From: Candidatus Tenderia sp.
Lineage (GTDB): Bacteria > Pseudomonadota > Gammaproteobacteria > Tenderiales > Tenderiaceae
Reading direction: 5' to 3'
DNA: 64,000 nucleotides
Assembly (NCBI GenBank): GCA_031416075.1
Contig: JANOSY010000047.1
Span: forward strand, 3,427 to 67,426
The stretch's first letter is position 1. The number at the start of each line of letters is the position of its first letter. Position numbers and translations under genes: made by a program. The notes under the pieces were generated by a model that saw only the letters and a list, made by a program, of their open reading frames with translations, did not search any database and had not been told where the DNA came from. Positions 1 to 14,877 of this stretch are shown here, piece by piece.

Positions 1-779
1 GCCATTAAGCTACGATAAAAAGCGTAAAATTCACGATCCTTACTATAGGCTTGGGCATATATTTCCGACGCCTTGGCATCTCCCTGCCCACGCAGCAATT
101 CAGCTTCACGGTACGCTTCAGCAATGATCACTGTGCGCTGTTTATCAGCATCGGCGCGGATACGCTCTGCCTGTTCAGCCCCCTTGGAGCGAAAATCCTT
201 TGCCACACGGGTACGCTCCGCCTCCATTCGGCGATAAACAGCGTCACTGACTTCACCCTTAAGATCGATGCGCATAATGCGAACATCAATCACTTCAACA
301 CCAAACTCTTTGGATTTTTTATCCGCCGTAACCGTGGCAATATTCATGATCTCAGCACGCTCACCAGAAATAACATCCTGAATGGTGCGACGAGCAAACT
401 CCTCACGCAACGCATCTTTAATGATCTGAGACAAACGCACATTGGCCATCCGCTCATCTCCACCCAACGCGGTGAAATAAGTAGAGACATTATCAATGCG
501 CCATTTAACAAAAGAGTCTACCACCACGTTCTTTTTCTCAACCGTGAGAAAAGTCTCAGGCTCAGCATCCATGGTCAAGATACGCCCGTCAAATTTACGT
601 ACATTATTGATAAAAGGGATTTTAAAGTGCAAACCAGGCGCAAAATCGGTACTTTCAATTTTACCCAATCGCAACAGAATCGCTTTTTCACGTTCATCCA
701 CAGTGAATATCGATAACAATCCAATCACCAGCACAGCACCCAACAGAATAACTATGCCCAAACTCTTATTCTGATTCAT
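1..779 (-). CDS. hflC: HflC, membrane protease FtsH regulator (3' end beyond window; N-terminal ~259 aa present)
   Basis: The minus-strand ORF running off the window start translates to MNQNKSLGIVILLGAVLVIGLLSIFTVDEREKAILLRLGKI..., a band-7/SPFH family protein. Its ATG overlaps the hflK stop as TAATG at 777-782. Confidence 0.85.
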   Translation of the reverse strand, partial: MNQNKSLGIVILLGAVLVIGLLSIFTVDEREKAILLRLGKIESTDFAPGLHFKIPFINNVRKFDGRILTMDAEPETFLTVEKKNVVVDSFVKWRIDNVSTYFTALGGDERMANVRLSQIIKDALREEFARRTIQDVISGERAEIMNIATVTADKKSKEFGVEVIDVRIMRIDLKGEVSDAVYRRMEAERTRVAKDFRSKGAEQAERIRADADKQRTVIIAEAYREAELLRGQGDAKASEIYAQAYSKDREFYAFYRSLM

Positions 780-2032
780 TAGCGCACCTCCCTGCCACGC
801 AAAGACTCTTGCCCCTGCTGCATAAACTGCTCAGCAGACTTTATAGCCGAACTGGACTGACTCTCTGGCGATTGGAATTTCTGTGCTGCACCAGTCGTTG
901 CATTTGTAGCAGGGTTACCACTCCCCATCATTCTATCCAATGGCAGGTAAATCATATTATTACCACCTTTGACATCTACCACCACTTTAGAAGTGCTGCT
1001 TAGCACCTGTTCCATTGCCTCAATGTAAAGACGCTGGCGTGTCACTTCAGGCGCTTTTTTATACTCGACCAGAATACTTTCAAAACGTTTGGCTTCACCC
1101 TCTGCCTGGGCAACCACCTGCTCTTTATAAGCACTCGCCTCTTCCACCTGACGAGCAGCACCGCCTCTTGCTCTTGGCAGAACATCGTTGGAGTATGCTT
1201 CAGCCTCATTAATAACCCGCTGCTGATCTTCACGCGCCTTAACAGCATCATCAAAAGCATGCTGTACTTCTGTTGGAGGCTGGGCATCCTGCATATTGAC
1301 ACTCAGTATCATCAAGCCGGAACCATAACTATCCAAGGTTTTCTGAACGAGAATTTTAACTCTGTCAACAATATCACTACGGCCCTCTTTGAGCACAAAA
1401 TCCATATCGCTCTTACCAACAATTTCGCGAATGGCACTTTCGGTAGCCTCCCGCAGCGCCAAATCAGGATCCTTTACCTTAAAGACATAGTCCGATGCTG
1501 ACTTGATGTTGTACTGAATAGCAAACCTCACATCGACTATGTTTTCATCACGTGTCAACATCATCGACTCAACCAGAACAGGACTACTCTTAGCTGAACG
1601 GTCACCAGCACTAGTACGATAGCCGATCAGAACATCTCGGTTCTGGGCCACATTAACGCTGACAACTTTCTCCAATGGGCGTGGCAAACGAAAATTTAAT
1701 CCTGGCTGCATGGTATCTACATACTTGCCAAAACGAATAACAACACCTCGCTCTGCAGGCTGAATAATATGAATCATGTCATAAACAAGCCAAATACCAA
1801 CAATAAGTGCTGCGGCAATACCCATACCACCTGCACCGCTGCCTCCCCCACGAATGGGCGTGGCACCGCCCGTGCCCTTGGTGCCCTTGCCACCAAACAC
1901 GCCGTTAAGCTTTTGCTTTATTTTATTGACAATCTCGTCCAGATCAGGAGGGCCTTGATCTTTCCCACGATTACCCCAAGGATCTTTATCTTTCGATCCT
2001 CCCGGCTCATTCCAGGCCATACTCATCTCCAA
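779..2032 (-). CDS. hflK: HflK, membrane protease FtsH regulator (SPFH/band-7)
   Basis: The 417-aa product has a Gly-rich N-terminus, a TM helix and an SPFH domain. It sits in the classic hflX-hflK-hflC order. Confidence 0.9.
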   Translation of the reverse strand: MEMSMAWNEPGGSKDKDPWGNRGKDQGPPDLDEIVNKIKQKLNGVFGGKGTKGTGGATPIRGGGSGAGGMGIAAALIVGIWLVYDMIHIIQPAERGVVIRFGKYVDTMQPGLNFRLPRPLEKVVSVNVAQNRDVLIGYRTSAGDRSAKSSPVLVESMMLTRDENIVDVRFAIQYNIKSASDYVFKVKDPDLALREATESAIREIVGKSDMDFVLKEGRSDIVDRVKILVQKTLDSYGSGLMILSVNMQDAQPPTEVQHAFDDAVKAREDQQRVINEAEAYSNDVLPRARGGAARQVEEASAYKEQVVAQAEGEAKRFESILVEYKKAPEVTRQRLYIEAMEQVLSSTSKVVVDVKGGNNMIYLPLDRMMGSGNPATNATTGAAQKFQSPESQSSSAIKSAEQFMQQGQESLRGREVR

Positions 2033-2125
2033 ATCATTGTATTAAATCAATAGTTCTGGTCTTACATCACCAAAACCGGGAATTCCAAAAAAACACTCGC
2101 CGCATAAAACATGCCGTGCTAAGTA

Positions 2126-3478
2126 TTATGTAATAACATCAATCGTGTGTTCATTCAAACAGCGACACCCCTCTTGGCGACAGTATGCCTCTTTCTGCCT
2201 TGGCCAAAGAGAAACATCAAGCAACCACTCACCTTGTTCGGTATGGGTCTCGCTATCGATCAGACCTGCTGTAAACAGCTCCGTCCGTAACCGCCCCGCC
2301 ATAGGAGCTAACAATAACTGATATCGCTGTTTAGTTGCCACTTCCTTCCAGGTCACATCATCATGCCGGTGTTTTGCATCCTGCCACTGCAGATATTCAG
2401 TCACCACCTGACGCAACTGTTCCAAACCAGCGCCAGTCACGGCCGAAACCCAAACACGCAACGGACGCCCATCATCGTCACGGTCAATATGCGCCTCTGC
2501 CGACTCCATGAGATCAATTTTATTATATACCTCAATCTGCGGCACAGACTCAGCACCAACCTCTTTCAAAACCGAATTAACCTCAACAATACGATCCTGC
2601 CGCCCTTCCGTATATGCGTCTATCACATGTAAGAGGAGGTTAGCATCTTGCGTCTCTTCCAATGTTGAACGAAACGCTGCAACCAGATTGTGTGGCAGAT
2701 GGCGAATGAACCCGACCGTATCAATCAACACTGTGTCGTGCTCAGTTTTTAAATTGAATTTACGCAACGTTGGATCAAGGGTTGCAAATAGCTGATCCGC
2801 CACATAAGCCTCTGCCGCTGTCATAATATTAAACAGTGTCGACTTCCCGGCGTTTGTATATCCCACCAATGAGACCCTCTGCACCTGTGACTTGCGACGA
2901 GAACGCCGACGCTCCTCACGTTGCTGTGACACCTTTTCCAACCGCTTATTTAGCTGTTTAATACGCTGAGCAATTAAGCGGCGGTCGGTCTCAAGCTGGG
3001 TTTCACCCGGACCACGCAACCCAATCCCGCCGCCCTGTCGTTCCAAATGGGTCCAGCCTCGTACCAAACGGGTCGACAGGTGGCGCAATTGCGCCAACTC
3101 AACTTGTAGCTTACCCTCAAAAGTGTGTGCTCTCTGGGCAAAAATATCGAGAATCAGCCCCGTACGGTCCAGCACTCGACAACAGAGCAATCTTTCAAGG
3201 TTTCGCTCCTGTGAGGGTGAGAGTGCATGGTTAAAAATCACCAGTTCAGATTCAGTATCCACGACCGCCTGACGAATCTCTTCCGCCTTCCCCATACCCA
3301 CAAAGTATTTGGAATCTGGCCCCCGGCGACTCCCTTGCACCACCACCACGGGGTCCGCCCCCGCTGAAACCGCCAACTCTTTTAACTCATCAAGATCTTC
3401 CCGCGCACCTTGATCATGAAAGTTAACATGGACCAGTACCGTACGCTCACCCACTTGCGGGCGTTCAAAAAATTCCAC
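2126..3478 (-). CDS. hflX: GTPase HflX
   Basis: The 450-aa product carries G-domain motifs (GYTNAGKSTLFN, DTVGF, NKID) and lies between hfq and hflK. Confidence 0.9.
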   Translation of the reverse strand: MEFFERPQVGERTVLVHVNFHDQGAREDLDELKELAVSAGADPVVVVQGSRRGPDSKYFVGMGKAEEIRQAVVDTESELVIFNHALSPSQERNLERLLCCRVLDRTGLILDIFAQRAHTFEGKLQVELAQLRHLSTRLVRGWTHLERQGGGIGLRGPGETQLETDRRLIAQRIKQLNKRLEKVSQQREERRRSRRKSQVQRVSLVGYTNAGKSTLFNIMTAAEAYVADQLFATLDPTLRKFNLKTEHDTVLIDTVGFIRHLPHNLVAAFRSTLEETQDANLLLHVIDAYTEGRQDRIVEVNSVLKEVGAESVPQIEVYNKIDLMESAEAHIDRDDDGRPLRVWVSAVTGAGLEQLRQVVTEYLQWQDAKHRHDDVTWKEVATKQRYQLLLAPMAGRLRTELFTAGLIDSETHTEQGEWLLDVSLWPRQKEAYCRQEGCRCLNEHTIDVIT

Positions 3479-3505
3479 TTAAATTAATACCAGCTGCTAA
3501 CTATT

Positions 3506-3751
3506 CTATTCAACACTATCGTCATCATCAGTGCCCATGTTCAGCTTTACATTACGTGCTGGCACAATAGTCGATATCGCATGTTTGTATACCATCTGAC
3601 TAACGCTGTTTTTAAGCAACACTACAAATTGATCAAACGACTCAACCTGCCCTTGCAGCTTAATACCATTCACCAAGTAAATCGCCACAGGGACCTTCTC
3701 CTTACGCAGAGCGTTCAAAAAAGGGTCTTGTAAACTTTGCCCTTTGCTCAT
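3506..3751 (-). CDS. hfq: RNA chaperone Hfq
   Basis: The 81-aa product reads [46 protein letters not shown], a canonical Sm-like Hfq sequence. Confidence 0.95.
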   Translation of the reverse strand: MSKGQSLQDPFLNALRKEKVPVAIYLVNGIKLQGQVESFDQFVVLLKNSVSQMVYKHAISTIVPARNVKLNMGTDDDDSVE

Positions 3752-3858
3752 TATATAACTCTCCTTTTGTTATATTCTTGTCCACACTAGCAAGAACCAT
3801 AGTCGCACTATCCAAACGCGCCTGCACTACAACCGCTGAAGTCTAGCACAACAATGGC

Positions 3859-4830
3859 TTATACACTCAACTCCAGCTCAGACCGCAGATATTTCAATGT
3901 GTCATCAAAAAGCGTGGGGGATTCACCATCCAGCCAGACGGCCCCCACTTCTGAACGCAGCCAAGTTAACTGCCGCTTGGCAAACTGGCGGGTTGCCGCA
4001 ACCCCTTTACTGACCATATCATCGTAGCCATAGTTCCCGTCCAGATACCCCCACGCCTGCCGATAACCGACCGCGCGCATAGACGGCATAGATAAATCAA
4101 GCCCTTCCAGCTCCCGCAAACGGGTGACCTCTTCAATAAACCCCTGCCTCAACATGGCATCAAAACGGAGCTCTATCCGTCGGTGCAATGTTGCGCGCTC
4201 AGTGGGCGCCACAATGAGCTTAGCCAGCGCATAGGGCAGCTTCTGTCGCCGCTCCCCTTCACAGAGCTGACTCATGCTCACCCCTGCCAACTCGTACACC
4301 TCAAGCGCTCGTTGGATTCGCTGACGATCATTGGGATTGATTCTGGCCGCTGCCAAGGGATCAACCCCCATTAAACGTCGATGCAACGCCGATAGGCCGG
4401 TATCTTCAAACTCAGCGTCCAGTCGAGCCCGCACCACCGGATCTGTAGCGGGCAGCTCGGACAGACCATATTCAAGCGCTCGATAGTAGAGCATAGTCCC
4501 TCCCACCAATAGTGGGATACGCCCCGCCGCTGTGATTTCGGCCATAGCCAGCAACGCATCGTCACAAAAACTGGCAGCTGAATAAGACTCTGTAGGATTG
4601 ATAATATCGATAAGGCGATGCGGGGCGTGCGCCAACAGCTCTTGTGATGGTTTGGCGGTACCTATGTCCATCCCCTTATATACCAGTGCCGAATCCACAC
4701 TAATGAGTTCACATGGCAGGGTATCAAAGAGTCGCAACGCCAGATCAGTTTTGCCCGCAGCCGTCGGTCCCATCAGAAAAATAGCGGGTGGCTTGGACAG
4801 CACGTCACCACGACTCAAAGAGAGGGTCAT
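3859..4830 (-). CDS. miaA: tRNA dimethylallyltransferase MiaA
   Basis: A P-loop [14 protein letters not shown] lies near the N-terminus. The length and the position upstream of hfq match miaA. Confidence 0.9.
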   Translation of the reverse strand: MTLSLSRGDVLSKPPAIFLMGPTAAGKTDLALRLFDTLPCELISVDSALVYKGMDIGTAKPSQELLAHAPHRLIDIINPTESYSAASFCDDALLAMAEITAAGRIPLLVGGTMLYYRALEYGLSELPATDPVVRARLDAEFEDTGLSALHRRLMGVDPLAAARINPNDRQRIQRALEVYELAGVSMSQLCEGERRQKLPYALAKLIVAPTERATLHRRIELRFDAMLRQGFIEEVTRLRELEGLDLSMPSMRAVGYRQAWGYLDGNYGYDDMVSKGVAATRQFAKRQLTWLRSEVGAVWLDGESPTLFDDTLKYLRSELELSV

Positions 4831-4987
4831 ATCTGAACACCTAGAATAAACTGGCCCCCACTTTAACCCAACATACCACTAAACAGCAGCGCCCTTTGCG
4901 CGGCGATTGAATTTAGGGCAGAATACGGCCCCTGATACAGGCACGGGTTTAAACCCTTACAAACCTCACTGGAGAAGCATCCCCGTT

Positions 4988-5206
4988 ATGGCAAAAGAAG
5001 ACGCTATTGAGATGGAGGGCACCGTTATTGACACGCTGCCTAACACTATGTTCCGCGTAGAACTAGAAAATGGCCACGTTGTCACCGCCCATATCTCAGG
5101 GAAAATGCGTAAAAACTACATCCGCATCCTAACTGGCGACAAGGTCACCGTACAGTTAACCCCCTACGATCTAAGCAAAGGTCGCATCACCTACCGTGCC
5201 CGTTAA
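4988..5206 (+). CDS. infA: Translation initiation factor IF-1
   Basis: The product [72 protein letters not shown] is near-identical to E. coli IF-1. The track ORF (4907) begins upstream, and the MAKED start is preferred. Confidence 0.9.
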   Translation: MAKEDAIEMEGTVIDTLPNTMFRVELENGHVVTAHISGKMRKNYIRILTGDKVTVQLTPYDLSKGRITYRAR

Positions 5207-7489
5207 TTAATCAACTGACTCCGCCTGACGCGCCTCTTCCTCGATATCGAAGCTCAGTTCGCCACCGTTTACACCGATACGGACAAACCCGCCTGAGGCC
5301 AGGCGGCCAAACAGCAGCTCCTCAGCAAGCGGTTTTTTAATGCTATCTTTAATCAATCGCGCCATCGGCCTGGCCCCCATAGCAGGGTCGTAACCACGCT
5401 CACCCAGCCACTCACGTGCCGCCATGGTGATCTCCAAGGTGACGTGTTTATCATGCAACTGAGCCTCCAGCTCAATAATAAATTTATCAACCACGTGCCC
5501 CATAGTCTTGCGATCCAGTGCTTTAAACTCAATGACCGCATCCAGCCTGTTACGAAACTCTGGGGTAAAGGTCCGTTTAATCGCTTCCATGCCATCACGG
5601 GCGTTATCCTGTTGGGTAAAACCAATCGAGGTTCGACTGATCTGCTCAGCGCCCGCATTTGTTGTCATTACTATAATTACATTGCGGAAATCGGCCTCCC
5701 TACCATTGTTGTCAGTCAACGTACCGTGGTCCATCACCTGTAGCAACAGGTTGAACACGTCAGGATGGGCCTTCTCAATCTCATCCAGCAACAACACCGC
5801 ATGAGGTGTCTTATTCACCGCATCAGTGAGCAAACCGCCCTGGTCAAACCCTACGTATCCGGGTGGCGCACCTATAAGCCGTGACGCGGCGTGTCTTTCC
5901 ATGTATTCAGACATATCAAAACGGATCAAATCGATCCCCATCACTTTGGCCAGCTGACGTGTCACCTCGGTTTTGCCCACCCCCGTTGGCCCCGCGAACA
6001 GGAAAGAGCCAATGGGTTTTTCATCATGACCAAGCCCTGAACGGGCCAATTTGATTGCTGTTGCCAATGAGTTAATCGCTGGATCCTGGCCAAAGACGAC
6101 CATCTTCAGATCCCGTTCCAACGTTTTAAGTCTTTCGCGATCCGTGCTGCCAATATGTTTGGGGGGGATGCGCGCTATCTTGGCAACAATACCCTCGACA
6201 TCACGAACCCCAATAGTTTTTTTACGCTTTGACGGGGGTGCCATACGTTGTTGTGCCCCGGCCTCATCGATAACATCAATCGCCTTATCCGGCAGATGGC
6301 GGTCCGTAATATAACGCGCAGACAACTCAGCCGCTGCCTTAATAGCTTGGCGGGTATATTTAACCTGGTGATGCTCTTCAAAGCGGGATTTCAAGCCGTG
6401 CAGGATCTGAATAGTTTCGTTAACGGTTGGTTCTGGCACATCTATTTTCTGGAAGCGGCGCGCCAAGGCGCGGTCTTTTTCGAAAATGCCACGATACTCC
6501 TGGTAGGTTGTTGAACCGATACATTTCAATTCACCTGACGCCAGCGCCGGCTTCAGGAGATTAGAGGCATCCATCACGCCGCCAGACGCAGCTCCCGCGC
6601 CGATAATAGTGTGTATCTCATCGATAAAAAGGACATTGCCGGGATGTTTGAGCATTTGTGCCAATACTGCTTTCAACCGCTTTTCAAAATCGCCACGGTA
6701 TTTAGTGCCAGCCAACAACGCGCCCATATCCAGTGAATAGACTGTGCTCTGTGCCAACACTTCGGGCACCTCACCATCCACAATACGTTTGGCCAGCCCT
6801 TCAGCCAGGGCAGTCTTGCCGACCCCCGCTTCACCCACAAACAGGGGATTATTTTTACGACGACGGCATAGTATTTGAACCGTACGTTCGACCTCCTCAT
6901 GCCGCCCGATCAGTGGATCAATTTTGCCCTGCTTGGCACGCTGATTAAGATTGACCGCAAAACTTTCGAGCGGTGATTTGGCCGCGGAGTCAGAGCCGCC
7001 CTCCTCATCCTCGGAACGACCAAAGTCTTCACTCTCTTCATCCCCGGCCACTTTGGAGATGCCGTGTGAAAGATAATTCACCACATCAAGACGGGTAATG
7101 TTTTGTCCATTCAAGAGATAAACTGCCTGCGAATCAGGCTCACCAAAAATAGCAACCAACACATTGGCACCGGTCACCTCCTCACGTCCAGAACTCTGAA
7201 CATGAAACACAGCGCGCTGCAAGACCCGCTGAAAGCCAAGCGTAGGCTGAGTCTCGCGACCATCTTCGTTCGAAATGACAGGGGTGGTCTCATCAAGAAA
7301 CGCGAGCAGCTCACGTTTTAAGTGAGGAAGATCTGCACCGCAGGCTCGCAACACACTAGCGGCAGCCAGATTATCCAGCAGCGCCAACAAAAGATGCTCA
7401 ACCGTCATGAACTCGTGATGTTTATCACTCGCCTCACGAAACGCCGTGTTCAGCGTAAATTCCAATTCCTTGTTCAACATGACAAGCAC
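5207..7489 (-). CDS. clpA: ATP-dependent Clp protease ATP-binding subunit ClpA
   Basis: The 760-aa product has an N-terminal Clp_N domain and two AAA+ modules ([18 protein letters not shown]). clpS lies immediately upstream. Confidence 0.95.
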   Translation of the reverse strand: MLVMLNKELEFTLNTAFREASDKHHEFMTVEHLLLALLDNLAAASVLRACGADLPHLKRELLAFLDETTPVISNEDGRETQPTLGFQRVLQRAVFHVQSSGREEVTGANVLVAIFGEPDSQAVYLLNGQNITRLDVVNYLSHGISKVAGDEESEDFGRSEDEEGGSDSAAKSPLESFAVNLNQRAKQGKIDPLIGRHEEVERTVQILCRRRKNNPLFVGEAGVGKTALAEGLAKRIVDGEVPEVLAQSTVYSLDMGALLAGTKYRGDFEKRLKAVLAQMLKHPGNVLFIDEIHTIIGAGAASGGVMDASNLLKPALASGELKCIGSTTYQEYRGIFEKDRALARRFQKIDVPEPTVNETIQILHGLKSRFEEHHQVKYTRQAIKAAAELSARYITDRHLPDKAIDVIDEAGAQQRMAPPSKRKKTIGVRDVEGIVAKIARIPPKHIGSTDRERLKTLERDLKMVVFGQDPAINSLATAIKLARSGLGHDEKPIGSFLFAGPTGVGKTEVTRQLAKVMGIDLIRFDMSEYMERHAASRLIGAPPGYVGFDQGGLLTDAVNKTPHAVLLLDEIEKAHPDVFNLLLQVMDHGTLTDNNGREADFRNVIIVMTTNAGAEQISRTSIGFTQQDNARDGMEAIKRTFTPEFRNRLDAVIEFKALDRKTMGHVVDKFIIELEAQLHDKHVTLEITMAAREWLGERGYDPAMGARPMARLIKDSIKKPLAEELLFGRLASGGFVRIGVNGGELSFDIEEEARQAESVD

Positions 7490-7525
7490 CTCCTACGTTG
7501 CCTGGTACAGCACAAGCCTACAATG

Positions 7526-7846
7526 TCAGACCTCTTCCATCGTGCTTTTCAGCGGATGCTGATTTTCGTATGCAAAATCATTCACCTGCGCCACCTTTGT
7601 TTCTGCCACATCTTGCGAAAAGACTCCACACACACCTACACCTTCCGTATGGACTTGAAGCATGACTTGTGTAGCCTTCTCGCGCCCCATGCCGAAAAAC
7701 TTCTCCAGCACATGAATCACAAACTCCATAGGGGTATAATCGTCGTTTAGCAGCAAAACTTTATATAAAGGGGGACGTTTCAGCTGAGGCCGCGCCTCCT
7801 GAATCGCCAAGTCATCCTTCACGTCATGATCTATTTTTTTTGTCAT
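7526..7846 (-). CDS. clpS: ClpS adaptor protein
   Basis: The product contains the ClpS core [29 protein letters not shown]. The start is taken at the internal MTKKIDHD, and the track ORF extends to 7924. Confidence 0.88.
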   Translation of the reverse strand: MTKKIDHDVKDDLAIQEARPQLKRPPLYKVLLLNDDYTPMEFVIHVLEKFFGMGREKATQVMLQVHTEGVGVCGVFSQDVAETKVAQVNDFAYENQHPLKSTMEEV

Positions 7847-8235
7847 AGCAGGGACGATTATAACCAAATAGGCTCTACATGACAGCGCCTTTACCCAATA
7901 AAAATAACAAACACTTTCGATCAACTGTGTTATCTAAGCTGTTAAAAAACCATAACTTTTCTTAAACTCTCCAAGAAAAGCAAGAGTCAATTGAGCACAG
8001 GCGCTTTTACAAGGCACAGCACCAAGGTTAGACTTTACTAATAAACCCTTAACCATACAAACATGGCCCACCGACAGCAATAGACAATCCTTAATGTTTT
8101 CAATCTATTGACATATGACCTTTTTTGATCAACATTAATCATCGAGTGGGGGGGGTAAATGCAGTTGTGGTCAATCCTCTACAGCGGGCCGGAGTTTCCG
8201 GCATGATTTTTGTTTTAGCCGCGGGGAAAGTAAGC

Positions 8236-8499
8236 ATGGCAAAAGGCATCGTTAAGTGGTTCAGTAATGCAAAAGGGTATGGATTCATAGCGCCTGAAGA
8301 GGGGGGTGACGATATATTTGCACACTTCTCGGCAATCGACATGGATGGCTACAAATCTCTTCGACAGGGCCAAAAGGTCCTTTACGAGGTATCTCAGGGT
8401 CCAAAAGGGCTGCTTGCAGCCTCCATCAATCTGGATGGTAGCGATACAACCGCTGATGGTACCGCCTCAGGAGGTTCTGACTCAGACTCCAGCATGTAG
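8236..8499 (+). CDS. cspD: Cold-shock domain protein (CspD-like) with Gly/Ser/Asp-rich C-terminal tail
   Basis: The cold-shock domain reads MAKGIVKWFSNAKGYGFIAPEEGGDDIFAHFSAI. The gene is divergent from clpS as in E. coli, and the start is taken at MAKG. Confidence 0.8.
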   Translation: MAKGIVKWFSNAKGYGFIAPEEGGDDIFAHFSAIDMDGYKSLRQGQKVLYEVSQGPKGLLAASINLDGSDTTADGTASGGSDSDSSM

Positions 8500-8507
8500 A
8501 TAACAGA

Positions 8508-8556
8508 AGCCCCCGGCGCACATAAAACCTATAACAGTGGCCGGGGGCTTTTTTCG
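8508..8556. terminator. Putative bidirectional rho-independent terminator between cspD and icd
   Basis: A hairpin aagcccccggc...gccgggggctt is followed by a T-run (ttttttcgttt). Confidence 0.55.
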
Positions 8557-8579
8557 TTTCAGACTATTGCAATAGCCTT

Positions 8580-9836
<1,257 letters not shown>

Positions 9837-9909
9837 GGAGTATTCCTGTGTTTAAAAAGGTAGGATGCTATTCTACCACTACCGCCATTTAAGCGCTAAG
9901 CAGCTGTTT

Positions 9910-10545
9910 ATGAGCCAGATCATTATTTTCAACAAGCCATACGACGTGCTTTCTCAGTTCACTGACAGTGATGGGCGTGCCACTCTGGCTGACCATATCG
10001 ACTTAAAGGGCTTCTACCCGGCGGGCCGTCTTGATCGTGACAGCGAAGGATTGCTGATTCTGACCAATGATGGCAATACCCAGAGCCTGATCGCCGAGCC
10101 GCGCCACAAAATGGCCAAGACCTACTGGGCACAGGTCGAAGGTCTTCCTGATGAGGCGGCGCTAGCGCAGCTACGCCGCGGCATTGAACTCAAAGATGGC
10201 ATGACTAAGCTGGCTGAGGCACGACTGATCACACCTGACTCACTCTGGCCCCGTACCCCGCCCATCCGCTACCGCGCCGAGATCCCTGATAGCTGGATAG
10301 AACTCACTATCCACGAGGGGCGTAACCGCCAGGTACGGCGAATGACAGCAGCTATAGGACACCCTACCCTACGACTAATTCGCCGGCGTATTGGCCCGTG
10401 GTCACTGAATGACCTTGCCCCTGGCGAATGGACCCTCCAGGAGTGTCCAGCAGGGCTGCTGGCCCGCCACCCCGTTCAACCCCAACCGATGAGAGCCAAA
10501 CACCATGGTCTGGAAACCCAACGTCACCGTCGCCGCCGTCATTGA
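9910..10545 (+). CDS. rluE: 23S rRNA pseudouridine synthase RluE
   Basis: The RluE/RsuA-family catalytic core GRLDRDSEGLLILTNDG is present. The gene sits next to icd as in E. coli, and the start is taken at MSQIIIFNKP. Confidence 0.8.
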   Translation: MSQIIIFNKPYDVLSQFTDSDGRATLADHIDLKGFYPAGRLDRDSEGLLILTNDGNTQSLIAEPRHKMAKTYWAQVEGLPDEAALAQLRRGIELKDGMTKLAEARLITPDSLWPRTPPIRYRAEIPDSWIELTIHEGRNRQVRRMTAAIGHPTLRLIRRRIGPWSLNDLAPGEWTLQECPAGLLARHPVQPQPMRAKHHGLETQRHRRRRH

Positions 10546-10960
10546 ACAAGAGGGGCGGTTCCTGATGGTTGAAGAAAAGGCACCGAGAGTCAAACGCACT
10601 GTCTTCAATCAGCCTGCTGGCCATCTTGATGAAGGCGAAAGCATCATCAACGCTACTATCCGCGAAACCATGGAAGAGACTGCCCACAGTTTTATCCCCA
10701 CCGCCATTGTTGGAATCTACCGCTGGATTGAACCCAAATCGACCACCACCTTCCTGCGCATCTGTTTTACTGGCGAGATCACCGCTCACGACCTGACCGC
10801 GCCCCTCGACGATGGCATTATCGCCGCCCACTGGCTGACGCTGGACGAGATTCATCAACTGGGGCCACGGTTACGCAGTCCCCTGGTGCGACACTGCATA
10901 GATGACTACCTGGCCGGACGGCGCTATCCGTTGGCACTGCTGGTCGATATTGGGGTATAA
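10505..10960 (+). CDS. nudJ: NUDIX hydrolase (NudJ-like)
   Basis: A Nudix box GHLDEGESIINATIRETMEETA is present. The gene sits at the rluE–mnmA position as in E. coli. Confidence 0.75.
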   Translation: MVWKPNVTVAAVIEQEGRFLMVEEKAPRVKRTVFNQPAGHLDEGESIINATIRETMEETAHSFIPTAIVGIYRWIEPKSTTTFLRICFTGEITAHDLTAPLDDGIIAAHWLTLDEIHQLGPRLRSPLVRHCIDDYLAGRRYPLALLVDIGV

Positions 10961-10984
10961 GCGCAACCTGACGTTTTATATTAA

Positions 10985-12145
<1,161 letters not shown>

Positions 12146-12166
12146 CCACAAGGAATACAACACAGC

Positions 12167-12796
12167 ATGCAACACAGTTATCGCGAACAGGTCACCGCTT
12201 TTGCCGGCATCTGGCAATCCGTCAAGCTGGTACAGCAGGTGGCACGCCATGGCCGGGCCGACAGCGCCGACATGGCCGTCTGCATCAACAGCCTGTTTGA
12301 GATGGACCCCAACAGCTTTGACGACATCTACGGCGAGACCAAAGGGCTGACCACCGGCCTGAATACCATTCTCGATCAGTTTGGTGACGCCACCAATCAG
12401 CGTGACATGGAACTGACCAAATATGTCATCACCTTGATACACCTGGAACGCAAGTTGATGCAGCAACCCGCCACACTGGAAAAGATCAGTCGCGGGCTGC
12501 GGCAGGCCAAAAGCCAGGCCGAACATTTTGGCTCCAGCACCCATGAAAACGTCTTTGCCAGCATCGGCGAACTCTACTCCACCACCGTCAGCACACTCAA
12601 ACCCAAGGTCATCGTCCAGGGCGAACAGGGGCACCTGAGTAACAGCAACAACGCCGCCAAGGTCAGAACCCTGCTGCTGGCGGGCATCCGCTCTGCGGTA
12701 CTCTGGCGTCAATGTGGTGGCCGCCGCCTTGGGCTGATATTCAGCCGCAAGAAGCTGCTCAACCAGACCAAAGAATTATTAAACGAAAGTAACTAA
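12167..12796 (+). CDS. hflD: High-frequency lysogenization protein HflD
   Basis: The 209-aa product sits between mnmA and purB, matching E. coli synteny. Its sequence resembles the HflD family. Confidence 0.8.
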   Translation: MQHSYREQVTAFAGIWQSVKLVQQVARHGRADSADMAVCINSLFEMDPNSFDDIYGETKGLTTGLNTILDQFGDATNQRDMELTKYVITLIHLERKLMQQPATLEKISRGLRQAKSQAEHFGSSTHENVFASIGELYSTTVSTLKPKVIVQGEQGHLSNSNNAAKVRTLLLAGIRSAVLWRQCGGRRLGLIFSRKKLLNQTKELLNESN

Positions 12797-14191
<1,395 letters not shown>

Positions 14192-14358
14192 ATCAGGCAT
14201 GGGGTAAAATTTATTGCCCCATGCCGTGGCTTAATCCAATTCTGTGATCAGGGACACAGTTTCTTTTGCCCGCAACCACCATAATTCAATCGTAGGCGCT
14301 GTGTAACACCCCCCCGCATCCACCCCGACGCTCCCGTTACATAGCGCCCTACACCAGA

Positions 14359-14397
14359 CCCGGACTGCCTGATAAAGACAGCCCGGGTTTTTTTATC
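14359..14397 (+). terminator. Rho-independent terminator downstream of purB
   Basis: The sequence cccggactgcctgataaagacagcccgggttttttta forms a GC stem followed by a T7 run. Confidence 0.7.
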
Positions 14398-14512
14398 CAC
14401 CCCTTTTAAAGCCGCTGCATAATTTATTTCACACCACACTAGACAATCGTACTGAGAATCACTATCATTATCACTAACATCACTATTCAACCCCTTTATG
14501 GAGCGCATCAAT

Positions 14513-14854
14513 ATGCAACAGATTATAAAAAAAGGCAGTGCAACACTTCTTACCATACTCACCCTCGCCTTCTCCATGCATGTGGTGGCCGCAGACGAAT
14601 ATCTGCTGGTGATCAAAGACCACACCTTTGAACCCGCCGAGATCAAGATACCTGCCGGTCAAAAGGTAAAACTGACAATTCATAATCAAGACTCAACACC
14701 GGAAGAGTTTCATAGCGACGACCTGAAACGTGAAAAGGTGGTCCTCGGCGGCAAAAAAGCCACTATCTCCATCGGCCCACTCAAGGCCGGCAGCTACAAC
14801 TTTATGGGTGAGTTTCACGAAGCAACAGCCAAAGGCCGTGTCATTGCTGAATAA
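14513..14854 (+). CDS. Periplasmic cupredoxin-like protein (FtrB-like partner of FTR1 permease)
   Basis: A signal peptide is followed by a small beta-sandwich-like domain. GGAG lies 9 nt upstream of the ATG at 14513. The mature part contains no Cys. The gene lies directly upstream of an FTR1 permease. Confidence 0.65.
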   Translation: MQQIIKKGSATLLTILTLAFSMHVVAADEYLLVIKDHTFEPAEIKIPAGQKVKLTIHNQDSTPEEFHSDDLKREKVVLGGKKATISIGPLKAGSYNFMGEFHEATAKGRVIAE

Positions 14855-14877
14855 CGACCCAGTGTAAGGAGCCAGCC

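Noticed and set aside
51-716. 221-aa plus-strand ORF at the window start
   Set aside because: The opposite strand translates into an excellent HflC whose ATG overlaps the hflK stop. The plus-strand ORF is an antisense shadow with low-complexity translation.
10364-10858. 164-aa minus-strand ORF
   Set aside because: It is antisense across the rluE/NUDIX genes and has no recognisable features.
14248-14646. 132-aa minus-strand ORF in the purB–cupredoxin spacer
   Set aside because: It spans the purB terminator hairpin and overlaps the cupredoxin start. It has no RBS or recognisable domain and is most likely non-coding.
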